Source: an uncultured Chloroflexia bacterium (GTDB lineage: Bacteria; Chloroflexota; Limnocylindria; QHBO01). Taken from it: a stretch of DNA of 64,000 nucleotides. Positions within the stretch are counted from its first letter, which is position 1; each line of letters opens with the position of its first letter. The notes under the pieces were generated by a model that saw only the letters and a list, made by a program, of their open reading frames with translations, was not told the DNA's origin and did not search any database. Shown piece by piece: positions 17,549-25,937 of this stretch. Where the stretch lies: assembly GCA_963805305.1 (NCBI GenBank), contig CAWDTM010000008.1:450885-514884 (forward strand), written 5' to 3'. A program made the translations under genes and the position numbers.

Positions 17549-19101
17549 GCGACACGGCGGGCGAGGGCCGGGTACCCCGACCCGTGGTCCTGTGCGTCCT
17601 CGATGGGTTCGGGATCAACGATGATCCGGCACGCAACGCGCTCCTCGCGGCGCGCATGCCGACCTGGGACGCCATGTGCGAGCGCTGGCCGGTCAGCCAG
17701 CTCGAGGCGGCCGGGACCGCTGTCGGCCTGCCTCCGGGCCAGATGGGCAACTCCGAGGTCGGCCACCTCAACCTTGGCGCGGGTTTCCGTGTGCTCCAGG
17801 ACCTGCCGCGCATCACCGAGGCCATCGAGACCGGCGAGTTCTTCGACAACCCGGTGCTCCGCGCCGCGGCCGACCACGCCATGGCGCAGGGAACCCGGCT
17901 GCACCTCCTGGGCCTGGTCGGTCCCGGCGGGATCCACGCCGTCGATGGCCACATCGAGGCGATGATCGAGCTGGCCCACCGCGCTGGCCTGCCCGCGGAG
18001 CGGGTGGTGCTGCATGCCTTCACCGATGGTCGGGACACGCCGCCGCGATCGGCGATCGAGTTCGTTCCCTCCCTGGAGAGCAGAATCGAAGGGAGGGCCA
18101 TCATCGGCTCAGTCTCCGGCCGCTACTACGCCATGGATCGCGACAAGCGCTGGGAGCGGACCAGGCAGGCCTGGGACGCCCTGGTCCACGGGGAGGGGAT
18201 CCAGGCTCCCACCGCGACGGCGGCCGTGGAGGCTGCCTATGCGCGCGACGAGAGCGATGAGTTCATCCAGCCCACGCTCGTGGCCGGGGTGCCGTGGATC
18301 GGCGATGGAGACGCAGTGGTTCACATGAACTTCCGAGCGGACCGGGCGCGCCAGATGACGCAGGCCCTGGTCCTCGACGACTTCGCCGAATTCGAACGCG
18401 GCCGGCGTCCGTCGACGCTCCTGGTCAGCACCCTGACCGAGTACCAGTCGCCGGCCGAGCTCCCGGTGCCGATCGCCTTCCCGCCCCTGGAGATCGACTC
18501 GCTGGGCGCCTACCTCGCCCGCCTGGGCAAGCGTCAGCTCCACCTGGCCGAGACCGAGAAGTACGCGCACGTGACGTACTTCTTCAACGGCGGCGTGGAG
18601 GCGCCGTTTCCCGGGGAGGAGCGGATCCTCGTCCCGTCGCGGCGCGACGTGCCGACGTATGACCACGCCCCGGAGATGTCCGCGGGGCCGATCACCGACG
18701 AGCTCGTCACCGCCATCGGCTCGGGCGGCTTCGACTTCATCGTCGTGAACTACGCGAATCCCGACATGGTGGGCCACACCGGCGTATGGGATGCCACGGT
18801 GCGGGCGCTCGAGGTGGTAGACGGGTGCCTTGCGCGCGTGCTGGAGTCGGTGACGGCGGCCGGCGGGGCCCTGCTCGTCACCGGCGATCACGGGAACATC
18901 GAGGAGATGCGCGACGAGCAGGGCCGGCCCCAGACCAAGCACACCACCTCGCCTGTGCCCCTGGCGCTCGTCGGCCCAGGGTTCGAGGGGTCGCGACTGG
19001 CGGACGGCATGCTGGCCGACGTGGCGCCCACGATCTGCGATCTGCTCGCCATCCCGCCCGGGCCGTCGATGACGGGTCACAGCCTGCTCAGCCGCGAGTG
19101 A
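17545..19101 (+). CDS. gpmI: 2,3-bisphosphoglycerate-independent phosphoglycerate mutase
   Basis: Motifs LCVLDGFG, GNSEVGHLNLGAG, YANPDMVGHTG and TGDHGN are present. Length is 518 aa. Its start overlaps the tpiA stop (ATGA). Confidence 0.95.
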   Translation: MSDTAGEGRVPRPVVLCVLDGFGINDDPARNALLAARMPTWDAMCERWPVSQLEAAGTAVGLPPGQMGNSEVGHLNLGAGFRVLQDLPRITEAIETGEFFDNPVLRAAADHAMAQGTRLHLLGLVGPGGIHAVDGHIEAMIELAHRAGLPAERVVLHAFTDGRDTPPRSAIEFVPSLESRIEGRAIIGSVSGRYYAMDRDKRWERTRQAWDALVHGEGIQAPTATAAVEAAYARDESDEFIQPTLVAGVPWIGDGDAVVHMNFRADRARQMTQALVLDDFAEFERGRRPSTLLVSTLTEYQSPAELPVPIAFPPLEIDSLGAYLARLGKRQLHLAETEKYAHVTYFFNGGVEAPFPGEERILVPSRRDVPTYDHAPEMSAGPITDELVTAIGSGGFDFIVVNYANPDMVGHTGVWDATVRALEVVDGCLARVLESVTAAGGALLVTGDHGNIEEMRDEQGRPQTKHTTSPVPLALVGPGFEGSRLADGMLADVAPTICDLLAIPPGPSMTGHSLLSRE

Positions 19102-19129
19102 ACGACGTGTCCGCTATACTGCGCCGGCC

Positions 19130-19354
19130 ATGAACCCACTCGTCATCGCCCAGATGATCCTGGCCATCGCGCTGATCGCCGCGGTCCTGCTCCAGCAGCG
19201 GGGCACCGGGCTCGGGGGCGCGTTCGGTGGCGAGGTGACCGCGTACCGCAGCCGGCGCGGGATCGAGCGCACGCTCTTCCGCCTGACCGTGGTGCTGGGC
19301 ATCCTCTTCGTCGTCTTCAGCCTCCTCAACCTGCTGCCCCAGACCTCGGTCTGA
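19130..19354 (+). CDS. secG: Preprotein translocase subunit SecG
   Basis: It is a 74-aa two-TM protein with LLQQRGTGLGGAFGG in the loop. A TATACT hexamer lies at 19115-19120, 9 nt upstream of the ATG. Confidence 0.8.
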   Translation: MNPLVIAQMILAIALIAAVLLQQRGTGLGGAFGGEVTAYRSRRGIERTLFRLTVVLGILFVVFSLLNLLPQTSV

Positions 19355-19390
19355 CGTCCGGCCCGGGGCGCCGTGGGCGGCGTGGCGCTG

Positions 19391-19399
19391 TGCTATGAT
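19391..19399 (+). promoter_or_regulatory. Extended -10 (TGcTATGAT) upstream of the tRNA-Leu/Leu pair
   Basis: A TGn plus TATGAT lies about 40 nt upstream of the first tRNA. I found no clear -35. Confidence 0.4.
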
Positions 19400-19439
19400 C
19401 GGCCGCGCTTTGCCGGTGGCGACGCCGACGGAGCGGCGT

Positions 19440-19527
19440 GCCGAGGTGGCGGAATAGGCAGACGCGCTAGGTTCAGGACCTAGTGACCATTACGGTCGTG
19501 TGGGTTCAAGTCCCTCCCTCGGTACCA
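19440..19527 (+). tRNA. tRNA-Leu(CAG), class II with long variable arm, CCA encoded
   Basis: I folded it by hand. The acceptor is GCCGAGG/CCTCGGT (G1-U72 wobble), the anticodon arm is CTAGG-TTCAGGA-CCTAG, the T-loop is GGGTTCAAGTCCC, and the discriminator is A followed by CCA. Confidence 0.9.
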
Positions 19528-19534
19528 CCTTCTG

Positions 19535-19619
19535 GCCCAGGTGGCGGAATTGGTATACGCGTACGTTTGAGGGGCGTATGGGGAAACCCATCCGGGTTCA
19601 AGTCCCGGCCTGGGCACCA
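19535..19619 (+). tRNA. tRNA-Leu(GAG), class II, CCA encoded
   Basis: The acceptor is GCCCAGG/CCTGGGC, the anticodon arm is TACGT-TTGAGGG-GCGTA, the variable arm is long, the T-arm is CGGGTTCAAGTCCCG, and the 3' end is A-CCA. Confidence 0.9.
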
Positions 19620-19642
19620 ACTCGCAGCACACGAGACCGATG

Positions 19643-19675
19643 ACGCCGCTCCGATGGGGAGCGGCGTTTCCGTAT
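19643..19675 (+). terminator. Hairpin with a short T-rich tail after tRNA-Leu(GAG)
   Basis: A 10-bp stem acgccgctcc/ggagcggcgt with loop gatgg is followed by ttccgtat. The U-tract is weak. Confidence 0.4.
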
Positions 19676-19695
19676 CCAGGTGCTACGCTCGCGGC

Positions 19696-19772
<77 letters not shown>

Positions 19773-19871
19773 CCAACCCGGCGGTCGCATGGTTTGACCG
19801 TCGCCATTTGGATGCTCCGCTGGTACGATGGTTTCGACCATCCCCGAGCAACATGGAGTTGACCAACACCG

Positions 19872-20450
19872 ATGCCTACCGTCTGGATCGTTCTCATCGT
19901 CCTCGCGGTCATCGCGCTCTTCCTCGTCTTCATGTACAACGGGCTCGTCCGCCTGCGGAACATGGTCGACGAGGCATGGAATCAGATCAGCGTGCAGCTC
20001 AAGCGGCGGCACGACCTCATCCCGAACCTCGTGAATGCCGTCAAGGGCTACATGGAGTTCGAGCAGGACACCCTCACCAAGGTCATCGATGCGCGGAACG
20101 CCGCCGTCAGCGCCCAGGCGGCGGGCCCGTCACAGGCCGGCCAGTCGGCGCAGGCGGAGAACGTGCTGACCGGCGCCCTCCGCCAGCTCTTCGCCCTGGT
20201 GGAGAACTACCCCCAGCTCAAGGCGAACGAGAACGTCATGCAGCTCCAGGAGCAGCTGACCACCACGGAGAACCAGATCGGCTTCTCGCGCCAGCATTAC
20301 AACAGCACGGTCCGGGAGTACAACACCTCGATCCAGACCTTCCCGAACGTCCTGATCGCCGGGATGCTCGGCTTCCGGGGTCGGGACTACTTCCAGATCG
20401 CGGAAGAGGATGCCGCCGTTCCGGCCGTCGACCTCAGCCTGAAGGCCTGA
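19872..20450 (+). CDS. lemA: LemA family membrane protein
   Basis: It has an N-terminal TM followed by NGLVRLRN.VDEAWNQI.VQLKRRHDLIPNLV, which is typical of LemA. Confidence 0.85.
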   Translation: MPTVWIVLIVLAVIALFLVFMYNGLVRLRNMVDEAWNQISVQLKRRHDLIPNLVNAVKGYMEFEQDTLTKVIDARNAAVSAQAAGPSQAGQSAQAENVLTGALRQLFALVENYPQLKANENVMQLQEQLTTTENQIGFSRQHYNSTVREYNTSIQTFPNVLIAGMLGFRGRDYFQIAEEDAAVPAVDLSLKA

Positions 20451-20494
20451 CCGCGGATCCTTCGTCCATGCAGCGTCGCGCCGCCGCCTGACCG

Positions 20495-21523
20495 ATGAGC
20501 TCGTCGGCGGCGTCCACCACTTTCTTTCGCGAGATCAACCGCAACCGGCGCAACAGCTGGGTGCTGGTGGGTGTCGTGGTCGTGGTGCTCGGCCTGCTCG
20601 GGGGCGCCATCGGCTACGCGACCGGCTTCGGATGGGTGGGGGTCATCGTGGCGGTGGGCATCGCCACCGCCATGAGCCTGGGCTCCTTCTTCGCGGGCGA
20701 CAGGCTGGTGCTCGCCTCGTCGGGCGCCAAGGAGGTTCCGGTCGCCAATCCGCCGGACCAGTACCGCCAGCTGGTCAACGTGGTGACCGAGATGAGCCTG
20801 GCCTCGGGCATACCCATGCCGCGGGTCTACGTCATCGACGACACGGCGCCGAACGCGTTCGCCACCGGCCGCGACCCCAAGCACGCCTCCATTGCGGCCA
20901 CCACGGGCCTGCTGCAGAAGATGGATCGCGAGGAGCTCCAGGGCGTCATTGGTCACGAGATGAGCCACGTGCGCAACTTCGACATCCGATTCACGCTGCT
21001 GGTCGGCGTGCTCGTCGGATCCATCGCGCTCATATCGGACTGGTTCCTGCGCTACACGTTCTGGTTCGGTGGGGGGCGGCGCCGCGGCAGCAGCTCCGAC
21101 CGCAGCGGAGGCGGGGGAGGGCTGCAGGTCATCCTGTTCGTGGTCGCCATCGTGCTGGCCATCGTGGCGCCCATCATCGGGCGCATGATCCAGCTGGCCG
21201 TGTCGCGGAGCCGCGAGGAGCTGGCCGACGTCAGCAGCGTGGACCTGACCCGCAACCCGGTGGGCCTGGCCCGCGCCCTGCGCACCATCAGCGACGACCC
21301 CGAGGTTCTGGAGGTCGCGAACCGCGCCACCCAGCATCTGTACATCGTGAACCCCATCAAGAGCTTCGAGGAACGCTCGAAGTCGATGTGGGACACCCAT
21401 CCACCCATTGCGGAGCGGATCCGGATCCTGGAGCGGATCGCCGGCCAGATGGGCCAGCCGTTCCCGGCCGGGCTGGACGTCGCGACCCCGGCTGGAACGG
21501 GAGGAACGCCCTCCCCGCAGTAG
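20495..21523 (+). CDS. htpX: M48-family (HtpX-like) zinc metalloprotease
   Basis: It has the HEMSHV zinc motif, NAFATG, four TM segments, ELADVSS and HPPIAERI. It is paired with the upstream lemA. Confidence 0.85.
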   Translation: MSSSAASTTFFREINRNRRNSWVLVGVVVVVLGLLGGAIGYATGFGWVGVIVAVGIATAMSLGSFFAGDRLVLASSGAKEVPVANPPDQYRQLVNVVTEMSLASGIPMPRVYVIDDTAPNAFATGRDPKHASIAATTGLLQKMDREELQGVIGHEMSHVRNFDIRFTLLVGVLVGSIALISDWFLRYTFWFGGGRRRGSSSDRSGGGGGLQVILFVVAIVLAIVAPIIGRMIQLAVSRSREELADVSSVDLTRNPVGLARALRTISDDPEVLEVANRATQHLYIVNPIKSFEERSKSMWDTHPPIAERIRILERIAGQMGQPFPAGLDVATPAGTGGTPSPQ

Positions 21524-21621
21524 GCCGATGGCGCCTTGCCGCTCGCCGAACGGCTGTGCTATCGTCCTCAGCCGATACGCGACCACGAGCGGGCCGCAGA
21601 TCCGCGGGATCGAACAGGCGA

Positions 21622-21697
21622 GCCGAGGTAGCTCAGTTGGTAGAGCACCGCCCTGAAGAGGCGGGTGTCGTCAGTTCGATTCTGACCCTCGGCACCA
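21622..21697 (+). tRNA. tRNA-Phe(GAA), CCA encoded
   Basis: The acceptor is GCCGAGG/CCTCGGC, the anticodon arm is CCGCC-CTGAAGA-GGCGG, and the 3' end is A-CCA. TGTGcTATCGT at 21555-21565 is -10-like. Confidence 0.9.
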
Positions 21698-21722
21698 CGC
21701 TGGGGCGCGCATCGGCAAACGG

Positions 21723-21798
21723 GCGGAAGTGGCTCAGTTGGTAGAGCATCACCTTGCCAAGGTGAGGGTCGCGGGTTCGAGTCCCGTCTTCCGCTCCA
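21723..21798 (+). tRNA. tRNA-Gly(GCC), CCA encoded
   Basis: The acceptor is GCGGAAG/CTTCCGC, the anticodon arm is TCACC-TTGCCAA-GGTGA, and the discriminator is U followed by CCA. Confidence 0.9.
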
Positions 21799-21848
21799 TT
21801 TTTCTGCCCGGTGGCTGATGACCTGCTAGCCTCGTGAGACGGATCCGC

Positions 21849-21922
21849 TGCCCCGTCGTCTAGTGGTAGGACAGCGGACTTTGGATCCGTGAACCGAGGT
21901 TCGAATCCTCGCGGGGCAGCCA
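21849..21922 (+). tRNA. tRNA-Gln(TTG), CCA encoded
   Basis: The acceptor is TGCCCCG/CGGGGCA (U1-A72), the anticodon arm is GCGGA-CTTTGGA-TCCGT, and the discriminator is G followed by CCA. These match tRNA-Gln identity elements. Confidence 0.85.
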
Positions 21923-21935
21923 GTGCGAACGTCGG

Positions 21936-22009
21936 GGCGACGTGCCCGAGTGGTTAGGGAGCGGTCTGCAAAACCGCGTACACCGGTTCAATTCCGGTCG
22001 TCGCCTCCA
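21936..22009 (+). tRNA. tRNA-Cys(GCA), CCA encoded; integration target of the island
   Basis: The acceptor is GGCGACG/CGTCGCC, the anticodon loop is CTGCAAA, the T-arm is CCGGTTCAATTCCGG, and the discriminator is U followed by CCA. Confidence 0.9.
21966..22009 (+). repeat. attL core (3' 44 nt of tRNA-Cys)
   Basis: The sequence ctgcaaaaccgcgtacaccggttcaattccggtcgtcgcctcca is identical to 35037-35080. Imperfect identity (8 of the next 11 nt) continues to 22020/35091. Confidence 0.9.
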
Positions 22010-22054
22010 ACATCTGAGCCTGAATCGGGCGTTCTGAGCCGATCGTTGCGACGA

Positions 22055-22079
22055 CCGGCAGCAATACCGGCAGCAACAG
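22055..22079 (+). repeat. Tandem CCGGCAGCAA(CAG) motifs between attL and int (candidate arm-type recombinase sites)
   Basis: ccggcagcaa lies at 22055-22064 and ccggcagcaacag at 22067-22079. The same 13-mer recurs at 34932-34944 near attR in the same orientation. Confidence 0.5.
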
Positions 22080-22164
22080 ACGTACAATCGCGGACGTAGA
22101 ACGACGCTCCGCCGGGGGAGAGCGGAGCGTCGATACGGAAGTCCTGTTAGGGAGGACGACCGCG

Positions 22165-23376
22165 ATGGCATCGTACCCGACCCGACGCAGCCGGCATCGC
22201 TCGGCTGGCGAGGGGAGCATCTATCAGTCGCCCGATGGTGGCTGGCGCGGTGCGATCACCTGGACTGAGCCCGACGGCAGCCGACATCGTCGGCAAGTCC
22301 GCGGCCGTACGTCAGCCGAAACCCGCGAGCGCCTTGACCAGCTGCGGGCCAAGCTCCGCACAGGGACCCTCGAACCGGCCGGCGCGGCAACGGTGGGGGA
22401 GTACCTCGCCGGATGGCTTGACCGCGAGCGGCAGCGTCTCCGCCCGTCGACCTGGCGCCAGCGCGAGCAGTACGTTCGGTGCTACCTGACGCCCGGCCTT
22501 GGGCGTCGACCCCTTGGCAAGCTCATGCCAGCTGACGTCGAGCACCTGACCGCCAGCCTGGTTGAGCGTGGGCTGTCGGCGAGGACTGCGAGCCATGCCC
22601 GCATCATCCTCCGGCGGGCGCTTGGGGATGCCCTTCGTGATGGCTTGGTGAATCGGAACGTCGCGGCCCTTGCGCGGCCACCGCGCGTGACGGCGCGGAC
22701 GATCGAGCCAGGGCGGGACTACCTGACGGCTGCGCAGCTGCGCACGCTGATGACGGCGGCCGCGCTCCATCCCATTGGACCCCTTGTCACCTTGGCCGCC
22801 ATGACCGGCCTCCGCCAGGGCGAGCTCCTCGGCCTGTCCTGGGACGACGTCGACGTTGACGCCGGGTCCCTAACCGTTCGGCGCGCGCTGGCACGCGCCT
22901 GGGGCGGGGGAGTGGAGCTCTCAGCGCCGAAGACGCCAAAGAGTCGCCGAACGATCCAGCTGCCGGCCGTGGCCCGCGCGGCGCTCGAGCGGCAGCGGGA
23001 TCGTCAGGACACCACACGCATAGCCGCAGACACCGCCTGGCAGGATCGGGACGGCCTGATCTTCACCGACAGTATCGGGCGACCGCTCCACCGGGTTACC
23101 GTGCATCGGGCCTTCCATGAACTGCTGCGGGCCGCTGGCCTGCCATCCATACCGTTCCATGGGCTGCGGCACAGCGCGGCCACGGCGCTCCTCACCGCTG
23201 GCGTGCCACTCCGCGTCGTGAGCGACCTCCTCGGACACTCAGGCATCGCCATCACCAGTGACTACTACGCCCACGTCGAGCCGGAGCTACGCCGCGAGGC
23301 AGCCGAGGCGATGGACAGGGCGATGGCTGGAGCCGGCGCTCGATCACACAACGCACCGCAGGGACGCGCGAAATGA
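22165..23376 (+). CDS. int: Tyrosine recombinase / phage-type integrase
   Basis: It has an N-terminal SAM-like domain. Catalytic signatures are TGLRQGELLGLSW (Arg), HGLRHSAATALL (His-x-x-Arg) and LLGHSGIAITSDYYAHV (His...Tyr). Confidence 0.9.
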   Translation: MASYPTRRSRHRSAGEGSIYQSPDGGWRGAITWTEPDGSRHRRQVRGRTSAETRERLDQLRAKLRTGTLEPAGAATVGEYLAGWLDRERQRLRPSTWRQREQYVRCYLTPGLGRRPLGKLMPADVEHLTASLVERGLSARTASHARIILRRALGDALRDGLVNRNVAALARPPRVTARTIEPGRDYLTAAQLRTLMTAAALHPIGPLVTLAAMTGLRQGELLGLSWDDVDVDAGSLTVRRALARAWGGGVELSAPKTPKSRRTIQLPAVARAALERQRDRQDTTRIAADTAWQDRDGLIFTDSIGRPLHRVTVHRAFHELLRAAGLPSIPFHGLRHSAATALLTAGVPLRVVSDLLGHSGIAITSDYYAHVEPELRREAAEAMDRAMAGAGARSHNAPQGRAK

Positions 23377-24110
23377 GCCGCGAGGCGGGTCCCGAGGAGA
23401 CCTATCCATTGGCTCCTGATACCCTCAAGGTCGAGCATGAGCGGGGGGAACACAGCCCAGTTCGCCGGCAGGGCTGTCCGGTGTGTCAGATGGAGGCGGG
23501 ACGGGCAGCTCGCAAGCGCTCCAGACGTCGCCTGCCACCCGGGATGACTGCGATTGGGGCCAGCACCCCGGCGGGGTTCCTGTATGTCACTCTCTGGCGC
23601 GTGTTCGGCGAGGTCACACCGTTCGACATGGAGCTGGCCCGGCAGGCTCCGGACGGGTCGCCCACGGACCCGCACGATCTCGACCTTTCACAGGTCAGTC
23701 CGCTTGTCGGAAATGCGGTCGTGACCGTAGCCGCCGCGCATGCCGCCAGAGGCGAGCGGCCGGATCTCGAGACCAACGCCTGGGAGCGCATTGCGCGCGT
23801 CGTCTGGCCGACCCTGTCTGCGCAGCAGCGGATGGATCCCGCCGAGATCAGCGCGGCCATCACCCTCATCAGCCCGCGCAGTCGCCGTGCAAGGGCGCGA
23901 CGCACGCCGCCTCCGCGGCGGGGCCGGGGTCGACCGGCCTGGACACCAAGGCAATTCTGGCTGAACTTGAGAGAGGCCGAGGCCAGCGCGGCCCCTTCCC
24001 GTCGCCCGGACGATGTCGCTGCCGAGTTCCGCAGGCTGGATGGCTCGAAGGGAGTCAGCACAGAACATTTCATGCGCCTTCGTGCTCGGTTTGGCGGGGG
24101 ATCATCCTAA
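23373..24110 (+). CDS. Hypothetical protein, translationally coupled to int
   Basis: Its start overlaps the int stop (ATGA). The third codon position is mostly G/C in this frame. It has a single CPVC pair and a basic Arg-rich segment, and I recognise no family. A 195-aa antisense ORF covers the same DNA, so the coding call is moderate. Confidence 0.5.
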   Translation: MSREAGPEETYPLAPDTLKVEHERGEHSPVRRQGCPVCQMEAGRAARKRSRRRLPPGMTAIGASTPAGFLYVTLWRVFGEVTPFDMELARQAPDGSPTDPHDLDLSQVSPLVGNAVVTVAAAHAARGERPDLETNAWERIARVVWPTLSAQQRMDPAEISAAITLISPRSRRARARRTPPPRRGRGRPAWTPRQFWLNLREAEASAAPSRRPDDVAAEFRRLDGSKGVSTEHFMRLRARFGGGSS

Positions 24111-24189
24111 ACGGCCCTTCCACCGCGAAACGAATATGAGCCCGTTTTCCGGCATTTAGTCGTCCCTGCGACCATGGTTTCATCGGGCC

Positions 24190-24408
24190 ATGTCCACAGC
24201 CCAACGCCGCAGGAACCTATCGCTGAGGATTCCGGATTCCGCGATCGCGAACCTCGCGGAGCTCGCAGACGCTGACTTCCGCTCGCCAGCGCAGGAAGCG
24301 GCGATCCTTCTGGTCGCAGCCATTGAGCAGGGAACGCGTCTTCGGCGCCGGCGGCTCGCACGGAGTGAGGCTCGGCCCGTGGACCGCCGGGGGGTTGGCG
24401 AGTCATGA
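24190..24408 (+). CDS. Ribbon-helix-helix (CopG/Arc-like) small DNA-binding protein
   Basis: RNLSLRIPDSAIANLAELADADFRSPAQEAAILLVAAIEQG fits a beta-strand plus two-helix RHH pattern. Length is 72 aa. It follows a lower-GC intergenic region. Confidence 0.6.
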   Translation: MSTAQRRRNLSLRIPDSAIANLAELADADFRSPAQEAAILLVAAIEQGTRLRRRRLARSEARPVDRRGVGES

Positions 24409-24680
24409 CCGCGGGCGACGCGATTCACGCCGCCATCGACGAACTCGTGGACGCGTTGTTAGTTGCTCTGCGTACGCAGCAGAAGTCGCCCGCTCCGGTC
24501 GATCGTCTTCTAAGCATCAGTGAGGCCGCCGCGACCCTCGGCATCGGACGGACAGCGCTCTATAGCGAGCTCACAACTGGCCACCTGCGGTCCTTCAAGG
24601 TGGGGCGCAGGCGGCTGATCCCGGCATCCGCGATCGATGAGTACATCGCTCGCGGCGAGGTAGGTCCAGATGAGCGCTGA
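24405..24680 (+). CDS. Excisionase-family (MerR-like HTH_17) DNA-binding protein
   Basis: LLSISEAAATLGIGRTALYSELTTGHLRSFKVGRRRLIPASAIDEYI is the typical excisionase/AlpA-type HTH. Its start overlaps the RHH gene stop (ATGA). Confidence 0.75.
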   Translation: MTAGDAIHAAIDELVDALLVALRTQQKSPAPVDRLLSISEAAATLGIGRTALYSELTTGHLRSFKVGRRRLIPASAIDEYIARGEVGPDER

Positions 24681-24686
24681 GCGAAG

Positions 24687-25937
24687 GTGGAGGCGGGTCA
24701 CATGACCCGGCTGGCCAATGCCCTCGATGCGGTCGAGTCCCTGCTCGCTCGCTACGTAGTGTTTCCTTCTGATCATGCCGTGGTCGCCACCGCGCTTTGG
24801 GTGGCCCACACCCACGCCGTTGACGCCGCTGAAACCACCCCGTATCTCGCGATCGTGAGCGCGGAGAAGCAGAGCGGCAAGACCAGATTACTGGACGTGC
24901 TCGAGCTCGTTGTCCACCGACCATGGCGTCCGATTGAGCCGTCCGACGCGGTCGTCTACTCGATGATCGAGCAGCGCCATCCCACACTGCTTCTCGATGA
25001 GGTTGACGCCCTCTTCGGGTCAAGGCTCGCAGCAGCCCAACACGAGGCGCTACGTGGCATTCTGAACGCCTCGAACCGGCGGGGTGCCCGGGTCGCCCGC
25101 GTCGAGATGAATGGGCGAGAGCGGCGCCTCGCAGAGTTCGACGCCTTCGGGGCCAAAGGTTTCGCTGGGATCCGGGCCCTGCCAGAAACCCTCCGCGATC
25201 GCTCCATCGTGTTGGAGCTCCGCCGGAGAGCACCATCCGAGGTTATCGAACGCTTCCGCCGACGGGATGTGGCTCCGGAAGCTGCGCGTATTCGTGCTGA
25301 GCTCGTCGAGGCTATCGGCGAGGTCGAGCTCGCCAGCCTCCGCCCCGACATCCCAGCAGGGCTGGATGACCGTGCAGTCGATGGCTGGGAACCACTCTTG
25401 GCCATCGCCGATGCTGCGCGCGGCGAATGGCCAATCAAGGCCCGCCGGGGGGCCATGGCGCTTTCGGGCGCCCGCGCGGCCGATGATCCAAGCCGTGGCG
25501 TCAGGCTCCTAAGTGATATTCGCGACATCTTCCAGGGCATCCCCGAAGAGCGGATCCCGAGCGCCGAGCTCGTACGCCAACTGAGTGCTCGCGAGGACTC
25601 AGATTGGGGTGACCTTCGCGGGCATGCGCTGACCGCCCAGGGACTCGCTCGACTCCTGAAGCCGTACGGCATACATCCGAACCTATGGCGGATCTCGGGC
25701 GAACCGGAGCGGGGGTACGCTCGGTCAGACTTCGAGGACGCTTGGTCTCGCTACCTTGATCCGCTCCCCGCTGACGAGATGGGTGACCGTTACTTCGTTA
25801 CCGACGACCGAGCAACCCGTAACGACGTAACGAGGGATGCCCACCGAGCGCCGAGCGCAACGGGGGATGGTCCGAAGCCTTGGGCCTCGGACGCGGCACC
25901 GAATGGTGCTGAAGAACAGACGACGTGGATGGCATGA
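24687..25937 (+). CDS. DUF3631-type protein (module often found C-terminal to the primase/helicase of actinobacterial integrative elements)
   Basis: From memory it matches the DUF3631 pattern: RYVVFPSDHA.VA.ALWVAHTH, SAEKQSGKTRLLDVLELV, LLLDEVDALFG, GFAGIRALPETLRDRSIVLELRRR and DRAVDGWEPLLAIADAARGEWP. The start is GTG 24687 or ATG 24702. Confidence 0.75.
   Translation: MEAGHMTRLANALDAVESLLARYVVFPSDHAVVATALWVAHTHAVDAAETTPYLAIVSAEKQSGKTRLLDVLELVVHRPWRPIEPSDAVVYSMIEQRHPTLLLDEVDALFGSRLAAAQHEALRGILNASNRRGARVARVEMNGRERRLAEFDAFGAKGFAGIRALPETLRDRSIVLELRRRAPSEVIERFRRRDVAPEAARIRAELVEAIGEVELASLRPDIPAGLDDRAVDGWEPLLAIADAARGEWPIKARRGAMALSGARAADDPSRGVRLLSDIRDIFQGIPEERIPSAELVRQLSAREDSDWGDLRGHALTAQGLARLLKPYGIHPNLWRISGEPERGYARSDFEDAWSRYLDPLPADEMGDRYFVTDDRATRNDVTRDAHRAPSATGDGPKPWASDAAPNGAEEQTTWMA

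Noticed and set aside
23486-24073. A 195-aa minus-strand ORF opposite the int-coupled hypothetical gene.
   Set aside because: The plus-strand frame is coupled to int by an ATGA overlap and has more consistent G/C third positions. The minus frame is Arg/Ser/Ala-rich. Neither frame has homology support, so this rejection is only moderately confident.
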